In this document: positions 10,624 to 19,985 of the stretch, piece after piece | Numbering within the stretch: the first letter of the stretch is position 1 | Layout: each line of letters begins with the position of its first letter | Virus record (IMG/VR): IMGVR_UViG_3300008259_000060 | Coordinates: 1 to 55,567 of that record | Length of the DNA: 55,567 nucleotides | Reading direction: 5' to 3' (one strand) | Origin: a virus | Lineage: Duplodnaviria > Caudoviricetes | Notes under the pieces: model-generated | What the model saw: only the letters and a program-made list of their open reading frames with translations | What the model was told of the DNA's origin: nothing | Databases searched by the model: none | Made by a program: the position numbers and the translations under genes

Positions 10624-11024
10624 AGTTTCACTCCAACAATCTTGTATTTCTCTTCGAAGCCGAATCGGCTGAGGAGACGGGTCATTGACTCTCTAGCAGC
10701 ACATTCAAGTGCTGTTGCGCCCATAGCCCGGGCGATATTCTGTAGCTGCGAAAACGTGTCGGTGTCCAGAATGAACTTGCCGCCAGTCGTCGTGATGAAC
10801 GCCACCCGGTCAACTGGTCGGTTTAAACAGTGTACCGTTGCGGCTCCGTGTATTTTCTCACCATCCACCGCCACAAGCAACAACCACTGCCCGGTAGAAA
10901 TCAGCGTGCGAACGTGTTCGACTTCGTATTCACCCTTGGCATGCTCCAGCGAATCCCGAATGAAGCCCTCGACTTGGGGCCATGTGTGGTTTACCCACTC
11001 AAGCGGGACGTGCTGAATCTTCAT
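10620..11024 (-). CDS. GNAT-fold acetyltransferase-like virion assembly protein
   Basis: 134 aa, overlaps both neighbours by 4 nt. C-terminal RLLSRFGF resembles the GNAT terminal motif. Position matches small acetyltransferase-like genes preceding ejection proteins. Confidence 0.5.
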   Translation of the reverse strand: MKIQHVPLEWVNHTWPQVEGFIRDSLEHAKGEYEVEHVRTLISTGQWLLLVAVDGEKIHGAATVHCLNRPVDRVAFITTTGGKFILDTDTFSQLQNIARAMGATALECAARESMTRLLSRFGFEEKYKIVGVKL

Positions 11025-13009
11025 GCCATGACTCGGGCGGGATTGACTTTGCGTTGCTGCGTCGTCTTACCGTGGGCTTGGGCACGAATCTTGTCCATCA
11101 TGGCGTAGAGCTTCTTGGCACCACCCAAACGCTTGACCGTCTTGGGGTCGATGTAGGCTTCACCGTCTGCCACTCGGGCAGCTTGTTTGCCGTCAATGTT
11201 GGTGGGGATGGAGTCGGACAGGCCGTCGCCCTTACCCTTGATCGGCTTGATGTTGCCCGTCATAGCGCTGAGCTTGCGCAGGCCGGCATCGGTACTGCCG
11301 TTGCCCAGAGCGCTGACCACATCGGCCGGGACCACAAAGCCACCGCTGGCCATGCCGCCTTTGGCAAGGGATGTGATACCACCTTGCTTCCAGCCGCCCA
11401 TGCCGGGTTCGGTTTGGCTCGGGTCGAACCCCATGTAGTCGGTAGACACATTGTTGTACCCACCAGAATCACCGCCACCGCCACCACCAACCATTTCAAC
11501 ACTGTTGTCCAAAGAATAATCCCGGCCAAAATAACCCAAGCCAGCGCTTGGGGGCGCGGAGATGCCGCGAGTGATAGCCTCTGCATCTAGTGCACGCTGC
11601 TCCATATACTCAGGAGCCACGGCAGAAGCAAACAGACTCATTGGCGTGTATGAGAGCGCTGTTTGGCCAGCCCGAGTAATGTCGGCAAACACTGCGTTCT
11701 TTGGGTCAGCGTAGAAAGCAGCCTGCTTTTCAGGGGTGTCAAAATCAGGGTTTGGGGGAGCCGGCTGGTAACCGTCACCACCACCGCTGCTTGCAAAAGA
11801 CGTGCCGACGGGGCCACGGACAGCGGAAGAAGTCGCACCTGCCACATTGGGGTTGCGCAAGAACGTGCCCGTTGCAGGGTCGAATGCGTACATGTTGTCA
11901 GCACCGACGCCAAAATTAGATTTTGGAGACGCACCCATTAACTGGGCATCTATAAAGGGGCTGCGAGCAGGGGCAGAGCTGGAGCGCTCACCCATCAAGT
12001 AGGCCAGAGCAGCCTCAGACGAACTGGGGGCAGTGCTAGTAGCACCAGAATCCGGCATCCGAGGAATAATCCTATTGGCTTCCAGCACCGGAGGTTGGTA
12101 TGTAGGGTTGGTGACACCTGCCGCACGTGCTTGCGCAGGGCTTCCGTACATCGTCCCATCAGGGCCGTACACAATAACCGCCGGTGATGCGTCAAGAAAC
12201 GCAGGTGCAGCAGCCTCGGCGGGAGCAGCCGTCTCACCACCCTCAGCCAAACTCATCAAGCCACCTTGGGCAGCGAAGAACTGGCGATTGCGCCGCTTTA
12301 TGTAGTCTTCGTCTTTGATGCGCTCTATGGGGGTGTACCCGCCGGCAAATTGAAGCGCTTCTGTACTGGTGCTGCTGCGCTCGCCGGTCTGGCCGGGGTT
12401 GTACTCTGTGTAGTACATCTCGTCGTCAACGGGGGCTTCTCCGGGTTTTTTGCCGGGGGCCATTAAAGGTGCGGCTGCCATACTGACATCACTCAGCAAG
12501 CCCGCGCCACCGCCCACTTTGGACATAAATGCTGTGCGACCAGCCTCGGAGCCAAGCGCACCAATACCTTGGCCAGCTTGAGAAAGCCCCTGCGCTGCAG
12601 TCATGGGGGCAGCCGTAGCCCCTGCAGCACCAGCACCAGCCGCACCAGCAGCACCCAAACCTGCACCCAAACTTGCGCCACCATAACCACCTAAACCGCC
12701 CATTGCCGCGCCCAAAAGCACGTCTTGATCGTTGCGCTTGGCCTGATAACCGCCTACGGCAGCACCAGCAGCAGCACCAGCGACAGGGCCAGCAAATGCA
12801 CCAACGCCCAAGCCCACCAACGTGGGCAGCATGCGTTTCAAGAAGTTGGCCTCGACCAAGCCTGTCTCAGGGTTGACCGTCAGGGAGCCGCCAGCAGACT
12901 CTGCAAGCTTTTGTAAGCCAGCAACTTCTTCTGGGGTCATGTGTACCAAGAGCGAGTCCCCGCCTCGACCTTTGGCTTCCATCTGTTTGGCTAGTAATTG
13001 CAGGCTCAT
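11021..13009 (-). CDS. Internal virion protein (662 aa)
   Basis: N-terminal GRGGDSLLVHM..NPETGLVEA, a Gly/Ala hydrophobic stretch, and C-terminal GDGLSDSIP..ARVADGE motif. GAGG RBS. Confidence 0.65.
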   Translation of the reverse strand: MSLQLLAKQMEAKGRGGDSLLVHMTPEEVAGLQKLAESAGGSLTVNPETGLVEANFLKRMLPTLVGLGVGAFAGPVAGAAAGAAVGGYQAKRNDQDVLLGAAMGGLGGYGGASLGAGLGAAGAAGAGAAGATAAPMTAAQGLSQAGQGIGALGSEAGRTAFMSKVGGGAGLLSDVSMAAAPLMAPGKKPGEAPVDDEMYYTEYNPGQTGERSSTSTEALQFAGGYTPIERIKDEDYIKRRNRQFFAAQGGLMSLAEGGETAAPAEAAAPAFLDASPAVIVYGPDGTMYGSPAQARAAGVTNPTYQPPVLEANRIIPRMPDSGATSTAPSSSEAALAYLMGERSSSAPARSPFIDAQLMGASPKSNFGVGADNMYAFDPATGTFLRNPNVAGATSSAVRGPVGTSFASSGGGDGYQPAPPNPDFDTPEKQAAFYADPKNAVFADITRAGQTALSYTPMSLFASAVAPEYMEQRALDAEAITRGISAPPSAGLGYFGRDYSLDNSVEMVGGGGGGDSGGYNNVSTDYMGFDPSQTEPGMGGWKQGGITSLAKGGMASGGFVVPADVVSALGNGSTDAGLRKLSAMTGNIKPIKGKGDGLSDSIPTNIDGKQAARVADGEAYIDPKTVKRLGGAKKLYAMMDKIRAQAHGKTTQQRKVNPARVMA

Positions 13010-13051
13010 GGGTGTACCTCGTTGGTAGGTATTCTAGGTGTTTACACGCCT

Positions 13052-13699
13052 TCAGGGAAGCCGCGAAACGAAGTTAATCGTCATGATGACGGACGGGATT
13101 TCCGGCCGGGTCGGGCTGGTACCTGCGGCGTAATGCTCCAAGTAAACATCCGTGCTGTTTGCCCACCATTTGATGGTGAGGTACTCGGTGTCAGGGTTGG
13201 TTACCGTGAAGATACCCGTGATGGCAGGGACAATGTGCGACCACACGGTAGCGCTCTTGCGGGCGGGGATGTCAAACCGGGTGTTGGACAGGGGGTAGTT
13301 GGACCCGTTGTACCCGGCCCAGACCTCAAACTCAGCCGCCGTGTTGCCCCGGTTGGTTACCTGCAGTGTAAACGTCACCAGATACTGCCCCGGCTGGTCA
13401 AACCAAATCTCGTCGGTGTTTTCTACCCGGATGCCCTGCGTGATGATCGGCTGGTTGAAACTTAACTGGTTCGCCCCCGTGATGCTGGGGTTGGTCTGAT
13501 CCTGATCGCTCATCAACATGGCGTGGGGGTTTTGCAGGTAGACGCCGCCGTCAGTCCCCACCAAAGCGTTGAGCAGGTTTGCTAACCGGTTAAAGTACAA
13601 ACGCAGGACGTTGTTGAGCGTCATCATGACCCCAGAGCTGTACGCCGGAGGGTGATCCGGCAGCCGGGGTGGCTGAGGGTTGTCGAGCTGCGTGGTCAT
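13052..13699 (-). CDS. Virion structural protein (tail-associated), 215 aa
   Basis: Overlaps the upstream tail gene stop; beta-rich C-terminal half. Confidence 0.55.
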   Translation of the reverse strand: MTTQLDNPQPPRLPDHPPAYSSGVMMTLNNVLRLYFNRLANLLNALVGTDGGVYLQNPHAMLMSDQDQTNPSITGANQLSFNQPIITQGIRVENTDEIWFDQPGQYLVTFTLQVTNRGNTAAEFEVWAGYNGSNYPLSNTRFDIPARKSATVWSHIVPAITGIFTVTNPDTEYLTIKWWANSTDVYLEHYAAGTSPTRPEIPSVIMTINFVSRLP

Positions 13700-15918
13700 T
13701 TCTTACCATCAGGCCGGATGTCGATACGAGGAGCGCCAAGCTGCCAAGCCACACCCAAACCGGTAGAGCCGACCTTGAACGCCATCTGCCGCCCGCGCAA
13801 CCTCACGTTGACCTGCGGGGTGAACTGCTGCACGTTGTACACACGCTGGGTGTTGTAGTTGTTGTTGCTCGTTACCGCAGGGTTATTGGTCGCACCGTAG
13901 GGGCTGCCGGGGAACTGACGAGGACGCACAGAGAAGTCCACCGATGGAGTGGGAGTGGTCGAACCATCAAAGGTCAAGTCCGGGATGATGCGCCAGACAA
14001 AGCCAAAGTTGTGCCCCTCGCCGATGTCGAAGTCCGAGGACTGAATGAAGCACTCGATGGGCGCAGGAGGATTGACCGAACCGTCGTCGTTGCCTGTCTC
14101 GTGGTACAGAATCTGCCCGCCGTAACCAGCGGCCACGGGCACATCACGCAGGGGTGTGTCAATCCAAGCGGTCCGAGCCAGATTGCCGTAGTACCAGTTG
14201 TTCTCAAGGTAGTTGTACACCACGTACTTGTCGATCGTGTCCGAGTTGGCCGAACAGTAATACCACCAGACCTCACTGAAGGCATCGTTGATGCCGGCAA
14301 AAATCTGGAACTGCTGGCTCAAGTTGATGTCGTCAAATACAAACTGACGCAAGTCACAGGGCAGAGTCTGCACCCGGCCGTTGTACACGTAGAACTTGTC
14401 CACACCCATCCAATAGGTAACGTCATGCACCGTAACCACGGCGTTAGGGCCAGCAATTGATGAGTTGGAACCCAAAGGCTGGAAGCCCCACACAAAGGGT
14501 GGGCCTTGGTATTGCATTGAGTACACCGAAGAGTCGGTGAAGACCAAAATCTCCTGACGGGTCTGTTGAGCGCAGATGATTTCCGAGCCAGCGCTCAGAC
14601 GGAAGCTGCCCGCTTGGTTTGTAACGGCAGGAGACCACACAGCATAGTTCTCCTGATCGGACCAGCGAACAAGCAATGGGTCCTGAACGGAGGAGCCATA
14701 GTCGTTTACACCAAAGGCCAGCACAAAGCGGGATGAGTCCGACACCAACACGAAGTTACAAACTTCAGGGCAGTCAGTGTCAGTGTCAAACGGCGATGGG
14801 CTTGCGGGGTTCAGCAGAACGGCGCGGTCAAAAACAGTAGGGGTTGCGTTGTTTTCCCAGTAGTACAGACCATCACCACGAGGGTTGATGATTAGGTCCT
14901 GACCATAGGCGGCTTGACTCCATGTGCGCAGCTGAATGCCAAAGCCCAAACCCGCAGGAGCACCAGCACCCCAGCCAGTATCTGAAGAACCCGTTGTAAT
15001 ACCACTCCATCCGCCAGCGCCCCAGCCCACGCCGACCGTAAAAACGTCAGAGCCGATGGAGATTTGGTACTCACCAATCGTGTCCGCGCCGCCATCACCC
15101 GTGTCGTTGGCATTAGCGTTTACACCCACCACGATCGTGTATTGAGCGGAGCTGTTGACTGTGACTACCCGGTGCTCAGTGTTGAGCACAGCGGCCGTAA
15201 TGGTGCCTGAGCTAACTGTTGCAACAGTGATGGTTGCGTCATTGGCTGGAGTTGATCCGCCCAAGTCTGCACCAGAAATAACGACGGTGTCTGAGACTGC
15301 GTAAGCATTGCCCGCATTTGTGATCGCATTTAACGTATAGGCCCCAGCCCCATCGGAAGCAATCGTGAACTCCGCCCCATACCCAACTCCGGATGTGGAG
15401 GCTTGAGATACCGCCGTAAAAGTGGCGCTACCAGTAGATGTTCCTGCAATTGTTCCAGTCAAAAGTCCACCGGAAAGCGTTACGGCATCGATAAACGTTA
15501 CAAAATCACCGACCTGAGTGTTAGAACCTGAATCGTCTACCGTAATGACGTTAGAACCATCTGTGGCTGTAAAAGTTACGTCCCCCGCGCCTGTGGTTTC
15601 TTTTAGCGGAGTAATGTCGTTGAAATCGCCACCGACCGTGTTCTGTATGTAGTATTTGAGGCTTGTGCCGATACCCAATAGGTTCGAGCCAGCCAAGTTG
15701 ATCCAGTTGTACAGCGAACGAGCCACACCCCAGTAAGAGCCTGCTGGAGGCTGCAGGGTAGCCGATGCCACGCCAGAGTCTTTCTGCCAGCCGCCGATCT
15801 TTTCTGGGTAGCCAGAGCGAAAGCGAACCTTGTCGGACTCAAACCAACCGCCTTCATTGGCCAAGGTCGTGCTCTCACGATTAACACCGGGCTTGAATTT
15901 GAGGGTTTGTAGTGGCAT
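13696..15918 (-). CDS. Tail tube / DNA-stabilisation protein (P22 gp10 / T7 gp12-like), 740 aa
   Basis: Size, LVRWSDQEN motif, beta-propeller-like composition and position before the ejection genes. AAGGA RBS. Confidence 0.65.
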   Translation of the reverse strand: MPLQTLKFKPGVNRESTTLANEGGWFESDKVRFRSGYPEKIGGWQKDSGVASATLQPPAGSYWGVARSLYNWINLAGSNLLGIGTSLKYYIQNTVGGDFNDITPLKETTGAGDVTFTATDGSNVITVDDSGSNTQVGDFVTFIDAVTLSGGLLTGTIAGTSTGSATFTAVSQASTSGVGYGAEFTIASDGAGAYTLNAITNAGNAYAVSDTVVISGADLGGSTPANDATITVATVSSGTITAAVLNTEHRVVTVNSSAQYTIVVGVNANANDTGDGGADTIGEYQISIGSDVFTVGVGWGAGGWSGITTGSSDTGWGAGAPAGLGFGIQLRTWSQAAYGQDLIINPRGDGLYYWENNATPTVFDRAVLLNPASPSPFDTDTDCPEVCNFVLVSDSSRFVLAFGVNDYGSSVQDPLLVRWSDQENYAVWSPAVTNQAGSFRLSAGSEIICAQQTRQEILVFTDSSVYSMQYQGPPFVWGFQPLGSNSSIAGPNAVVTVHDVTYWMGVDKFYVYNGRVQTLPCDLRQFVFDDINLSQQFQIFAGINDAFSEVWWYYCSANSDTIDKYVVYNYLENNWYYGNLARTAWIDTPLRDVPVAAGYGGQILYHETGNDDGSVNPPAPIECFIQSSDFDIGEGHNFGFVWRIIPDLTFDGSTTPTPSVDFSVRPRQFPGSPYGATNNPAVTSNNNYNTQRVYNVQQFTPQVNVRLRGRQMAFKVGSTGLGVAWQLGAPRIDIRPDGKK

Positions 15919-15943
15919 GGCGGGTCCTTGTTACAGGAGGATT

Positions 15944-16411
15944 TTATGCCACTAGTCCGGGTAAGTACACCGTCTTGCCGCCTTGCTTCGTCGCAGTCAT
16001 GACCTGCTTCTTCAGATTGCCGGGGTCGTAGCTGACGTGCACCCAGCCGCTGTCGGGGATGCCGGGGGTGTAAAACTCCAAAATCAGCTGTGTAAACTCA
16101 AGGTTGTCCTTGACCCACTCGGCCAGCTCTGCGTTGGCGACACCGGGAATTTCCAAGTCCGCAGCCATGCCACGGCAGTGATCACTGGTCCGCGAGCCGC
16201 CGACCTTTGCGTTTACATCGGGGTGGCGGAAACCTGAGTTGATGTGCACACCCTTGGCAAAGTGGTCGCGGATGGGTTGGAGAACTTTACCGGCCAGCGT
16301 GGTCAGGTTGCCGATCTCGGTCGGGCCGGGGGTGTTCTCCATGTCGTGACGGGCAGCCGTCTCGCTTTTGGTCAGCTCATGGAGGGAGAAGTTTTTGGTG
16401 AGTTGGGTCAT
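15944..16411 (-). CDS. Endolysin, peptidase M15A family
   Basis: Motifs LTKNFSL.EL, SGFR...N..VGGS..SDH..G.AAD and WVHVSY. Confidence 0.85.
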   Translation of the reverse strand: MTQLTKNFSLHELTKSETAARHDMENTPGPTEIGNLTTLAGKVLQPIRDHFAKGVHINSGFRHPDVNAKVGGSRTSDHCRGMAADLEIPGVANAELAEWVKDNLEFTQLILEFYTPGIPDSGWVHVSYDPGNLKKQVMTATKQGGKTVYLPGLVA

Positions 16412-16866
16412 TTGATGAGTGCTTTCAGTTTGGCTTCTTCGCTTTTGTCCTTGCTACCTTGGCTGCTACCGAAGTAGTAGGAGAGGATTTGGGTCACAGC
16501 AGCGGACAACACACCGAGGATGTAGATCAAGATGTCCTTGGCCTCAGCCTTTACGTCCACAAAAATCAGAATGGCGAACAGCAAGAACGACAGGCCAACC
16601 ACACCGAGCGCCAGCACGGGGGTCACCAGCTTGTTGAGCATGGGAGCCTTGTCGCTGGTCGCAATGGCAGTTTCGCGGTTGCGTGCGCTTTCCATGTTGG
16701 CGTTGGCAAGCTCGGCAAGTTTGGTCTCATTGGCCATCGCAGCCAGTTCACCGTTTTGGGCAAGAGCAGCAAGGTCAAGTTGTGCCTTGGCTTTTGCAGC
16801 GGGATCGGGCACGAGCTTGTCGATAAGCTGTGAACCAATATTTAAAAGACCTGCGATTGGGATCAT
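16408..16866 (-). CDS. Holin-like membrane protein
   Basis: IDKLVPDP..KAKAQL N-terminus, two hydrophobic helices, YYFGSS motif. Adjacent to the endolysin. Confidence 0.7.
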   Translation of the reverse strand: MIPIAGLLNIGSQLIDKLVPDPAAKAKAQLDLAALAQNGELAAMANETKLAELANANMESARNRETAIATSDKAPMLNKLVTPVLALGVVGLSFLLFAILIFVDVKAEAKDILIYILGVLSAAVTQILSYYFGSSQGSKDKSEEAKLKALIK

Positions 16867-17114
16867 GCTTCACCTTCTTTCTTGTCAGACGGGGGTTTCT
16901 TGTTCATTGCCAACAGAGTCCCAAGCGACCCAGTGATGAATGTCGCCAGTGGGGTGATGAGGTTAAAGAAAGCCTCATCGTTGGGGGCCATGCCGTTCAT
17001 CGGTTGGGTTACAAACACCAGCGAGTACAGCACCACTGCCACGATACCCGCAAGGGTCAGCGACAGGGTGATGCCAATGATGAAGCGCAGCAGCGCGTCA
17101 AGGTCAGTTTTCAT
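16863..17114 (-). CDS. Small two-TM membrane protein (lysis cassette)
   Basis: 83 aa with two hydrophobic segments; coupled to neighbours. Confidence 0.6.
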   Translation of the reverse strand: MKTDLDALLRFIIGITLSLTLAGIVAVVLYSLVFVTQPMNGMAPNDEAFFNLITPLATFITGSLGTLLAMNKKPPSDKKEGEA

Positions 17115-17274
17115 TTTGGTCTTTCAAAAGGTACTTGGTGCAAGTGCCATCGGCCTCACACGCTGGCGGTTGACAGGCTGCGATGTTTTGGTTCTTTGGG
17201 TTCTGGCAGGGGTAGCGGTAGGTGTCGTAGCACCCGGCCAGCGTCAGTGTGCAAAGCAGAATCAACGTCTTCAT
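17104..17274 (-). CDS. Small lipoprotein (lipobox LAGC), Cys-rich
   Basis: MKTLILLCTLTLAGC signal plus lipobox. Start reassigned to ATG 17274, overlapping the previous stop. Confidence 0.65.
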   Translation of the reverse strand: MKTLILLCTLTLAGCYDTYRYPCQNPKNQNIAACQPPACEADGTCTKYLLKDQNEN

Positions 17275-17717
17275 ACGTCCCTCGACAGCCAAATAGCCGC
17301 ACCGATGATGGCACCCAAGCCGCCCAGCAGGACGACCACCAAGATGATCAGGCCGATGTCTTTGATGCGCTGGATGATGCGTTGCTTCTTCAAGACCTTC
17401 TCACGCTCGGCAGCTTCGCGCTTCTTCTTGGCCTCCAGCTGGAACTTGAGCCAATCGGTCCACAGGCCGGCGCGGCCTTGGTAGATCATCATCTCGCGCA
17501 GCTCTTCCTCTTGCTTCTTGAGTTTTTCAAGAGCCATGAACTCCTCGAGATCACCGCGATCAGAGCCGCCCTTGGCGCTGGCCTTCTTCTGGATTTCTGC
17601 CTTGGTGTCGAAGTATTTAAACAGCGACTCGCCCGCAGCCATGATGTCGCCAGAATTGGCAACAGCTTCCTTGATGACGGCAAAGGCCGCGTTGGCTATT
17701 GCTAATTCTGCGAGCAT
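17271..17717 (-). CDS. Coiled-coil protein with C-terminal TM anchor
   Basis: 148 aa; charged helical body and a hydrophobic C-terminus. Confidence 0.6.
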   Translation of the reverse strand: MLAELAIANAAFAVIKEAVANSGDIMAAGESLFKYFDTKAEIQKKASAKGGSDRGDLEEFMALEKLKKQEEELREMMIYQGRAGLWTDWLKFQLEAKKKREAAEREKVLKKQRIIQRIKDIGLIILVVVLLGGLGAIIGAAIWLSRDV

Positions 17718-17732
17718 GGCTTGGCCCCAAAG

Positions 17733-18287
17733 TCAAACAAACCACGTTATAACAGCGTACCGCGTACCCTTGGTTACGGGCATGATTTCGTGCGGGTACA
17801 TGAAGTTGGAGGGGAACATCAATGCCGAACCTTTTGCAGCCCGCATGACTATTTCACGGTCAAAAAATCCCCACTCACCACCCTCGTAGTCGTCGTTGAG
17901 TGCAAAAGAGCAGGACACAGCCCTGTTTTGCCCTTTGAAAGAATCTGTGTGCTGCGCATAAAACTGCCCCTCTCCATATTGGAGAAGCTGGTACCCAGTA
18001 TCCTCTTTAATATTTACTGATGGAAATTTATTAGCGTAGGTCTGAATTGCTTTGCCCGCGCATAAAAATAATTCTGCGTCCAATTTTTTTCTCAGTAACT
18101 CATTTTTTTCAATAACATGTAAAGTTGAAATTTCAACTTCCTGCACATTTCTAATACTTAAATTCAAACCGCCAGCCGTTGTCGCCTTGCGCCATTCCGT
18201 GCTATTTTTGTACTCTTGCAAAAGTGCATCACACAAATCCAATGGGACAGCGTCTTCTTGAACAACAATGTAGTCTTTTATTTTCAT
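17733..18287 (-). CDS. 2OG-Fe(II) oxygenase (prolyl-4-hydroxylase-like)
   Basis: HTD...H...R-x-A facial-triad and 2OG motifs; LNDDYEGGE; FPSNFMYPH. Confidence 0.88.
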   Translation of the reverse strand: MKIKDYIVVQEDAVPLDLCDALLQEYKNSTEWRKATTAGGLNLSIRNVQEVEISTLHVIEKNELLRKKLDAELFLCAGKAIQTYANKFPSVNIKEDTGYQLLQYGEGQFYAQHTDSFKGQNRAVSCSFALNDDYEGGEWGFFDREIVMRAAKGSALMFPSNFMYPHEIMPVTKGTRYAVITWFV

Positions 18288-18302
18288 TGTTTAAACAAAA
18301 TT

Positions 18303-18581
18303 TCATGGCTGATCCGAAGCTGCAATAGCTGCGTCAATTTCAGCTTTTTTTGCATTCCAAGCAGCCACCGCGAATTGAAACGGTGTAATGTCTGTGATGA
18401 GTTGGTTCTGCGGTCTGGTTAGCGCACCATTGGCAAACACTGTTTTGAACTCGACCTCGCCGTATTCGCCATACCACTGCACTGCGTGGATTGTTGGATC
18501 AAGTTGGGGTAGCTCAACAGGCTCAAAAAACAGTCCGTCAACGCCAACACGCTTGTCATCAGCAACGATTATTAATATCAT
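18303..18581 (-). CDS. Tail-fibre-associated hypothetical protein
   Basis: 92 aa, IHAVQW...GEVE motif, located in the tail-fibre cluster. Confidence 0.55.
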   Translation of the reverse strand: MILIIVADDKRVGVDGLFFEPVELPQLDPTIHAVQWYGEYGEVEFKTVFANGALTRPQNQLITDITPFQFAVAAWNAKKAEIDAAIAASDQP

Positions 18582-18889
18582 GATTTCACCTCAATAACTT
18601 TCAGCTCTGGTCGAGCCTGTTGCAACGTAGCCATCAGAACCTGTTGGCCCATGTCATTGGCTTTCACCATTTCGTTTCGGAAACTCTCAACCGCAGCGCC
18701 GGTTTGTCGTTGCTGCTGGCTGTTTTCAATCATTAAAAGAGGAAGCCATGCAATAGCGCACCCGTAGTCGTCGATCTCTTCTCCGGTGTTTGGGTTGCTC
18801 CCGCGCACCTTCATAAACCACGAGCAGTCAAGCTGGCGGCATGGTTTAAATCCATCGAGGGGGCAGTTAGCTTTTGGCTCAAACTTCAT
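18578..18889 (-). CDS. Cys-rich hypothetical phage protein
   Basis: CPL...C...C.WF..GCAIAW and AAVESFRNEMV; coupled to neighbours. Confidence 0.6.
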   Translation of the reverse strand: MKFEPKANCPLDGFKPCRQLDCSWFMKVRGSNPNTGEEIDDYGCAIAWLPLLMIENSQQQRQTGAAVESFRNEMVKANDMGQQVLMATLQQARPELKVIEVKS

Positions 18890-18891
18890 AA

Positions 18892-19416
18892 TCAGTCCTT
18901 AGTTGCACGAATAACATCAACGTAAGACACGGCCAAATTAATTGCGTTTCCGCTAAAAGTGGATGATGAAATTGTCAAGCTGTGGTTGTGGGCACTATTG
19001 CTACCCGTTGAAGAGCTTGTAAAAGTTTGAGTAGTGGGAGATGAAATATCTGTAATTCCTTTGACAGTGGGTCCGGAGCCGGTTTGGCTAAGTATGCTTA
19101 CGGTGTGATTATGACTCGCCAACTGTGCCGTGGTCAGCGTATGGTTGCCCACCGAGCCGCTTACCGAAACCGTACCGCTAGGGGTCTGAGACGCAAACGC
19201 CGTCGTAAAAGCCACCGAGCCGCCCGTACTTGCCGTGCCCGTAACGAGCCGTAGCGCAGTGTTGTTACCAGTCGATGTATTTTTTGTCCAGCCAGTAGGC
19301 GCTGCGGTTTGTGCAAACAACATGACTGTGCCGGCAGGAATTACCGACGCTGCTGCCGTTGTTTGAATGCTGTTGTCGGGGAACTGTACGCCCGTGGCTA
19401 CAAGACTTGATGCCAT
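18892..19416 (-). CDS. Tail-collar-domain fibre protein
   Basis: IPAGTVMLFAQTAAPTGW collar motif and HNH-type His repeats (HTL, HNH) typical of fibre tips. Confidence 0.7.
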   Translation of the reverse strand: MASSLVATGVQFPDNSIQTTAAASVIPAGTVMLFAQTAAPTGWTKNTSTGNNTALRLVTGTASTGGSVAFTTAFASQTPSGTVSVSGSVGNHTLTTAQLASHNHTVSILSQTGSGPTVKGITDISSPTTQTFTSSSTGSNSAHNHSLTISSSTFSGNAINLAVSYVDVIRATKD

Positions 19417-19426
19417 TTAAAACTCC

Positions 19427-19984
19427 TTATGGTGTACCGTGGCCGGACACATCCGACAGTGCTGTGAAAACGCCCGCTGAAGTTAGCGATGCAATGATGG
19501 TTGCGCCGTGCTTAAACAAAAGTTTACCGCCGGTCTCTTCAATCCTGAAGTTTGCAGTTGCCAAGCTCGTGTTCTGGAAGGCAAAGTTGGTGTCATCGCT
19601 CCACACCGTCATGATCTTGCCGGCCGGAATTGCTACACCTGCACCTGCTGCGGTGGTGTTACCCAGAGCTGTGGAGTTGTAGATCGTAGCCGTGTAGCTG
19701 GTGTTATTGAACACCGTGTACAGCTTGGATTCTGGCGGCGCATAGACGGCGAACGCCGAGGGAGCCGAAACCAGTTCAATGATGGCGTTGCGCGCTTGAT
19801 CTGCAGAACCGTTGCTGGCGGTTAGCGCTTGGTTGGCCGAGTTGATTGTGACCGACACATACCCGGCAATGGCGTCTTCAATCAACGTACCGAGGTTGGT
19901 ATTGGTCGTGGTGCCCCATGTGCCGGCCTGTTCGCCAGCGCCGATCAGCTCGATGCGTAAGTTTGGTGAAAATGTACTCGCCAT
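19427..19984 (-). CDS. Tail fibre/adaptor protein
   Basis: MASTFS..LRIELI..GEQAGTWGTTTNTNL N-terminus typical of such fibre proteins. Confidence 0.6.
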   Translation of the reverse strand: MASTFSPNLRIELIGAGEQAGTWGTTTNTNLGTLIEDAIAGYVSVTINSANQALTASNGSADQARNAIIELVSAPSAFAVYAPPESKLYTVFNNTSYTATIYNSTALGNTTAAGAGVAIPAGKIMTVWSDDTNFAFQNTSLATANFRIEETGGKLLFKHGATIIASLTSAGVFTALSDVSGHGTP

Positions 19985-19985
19985 G

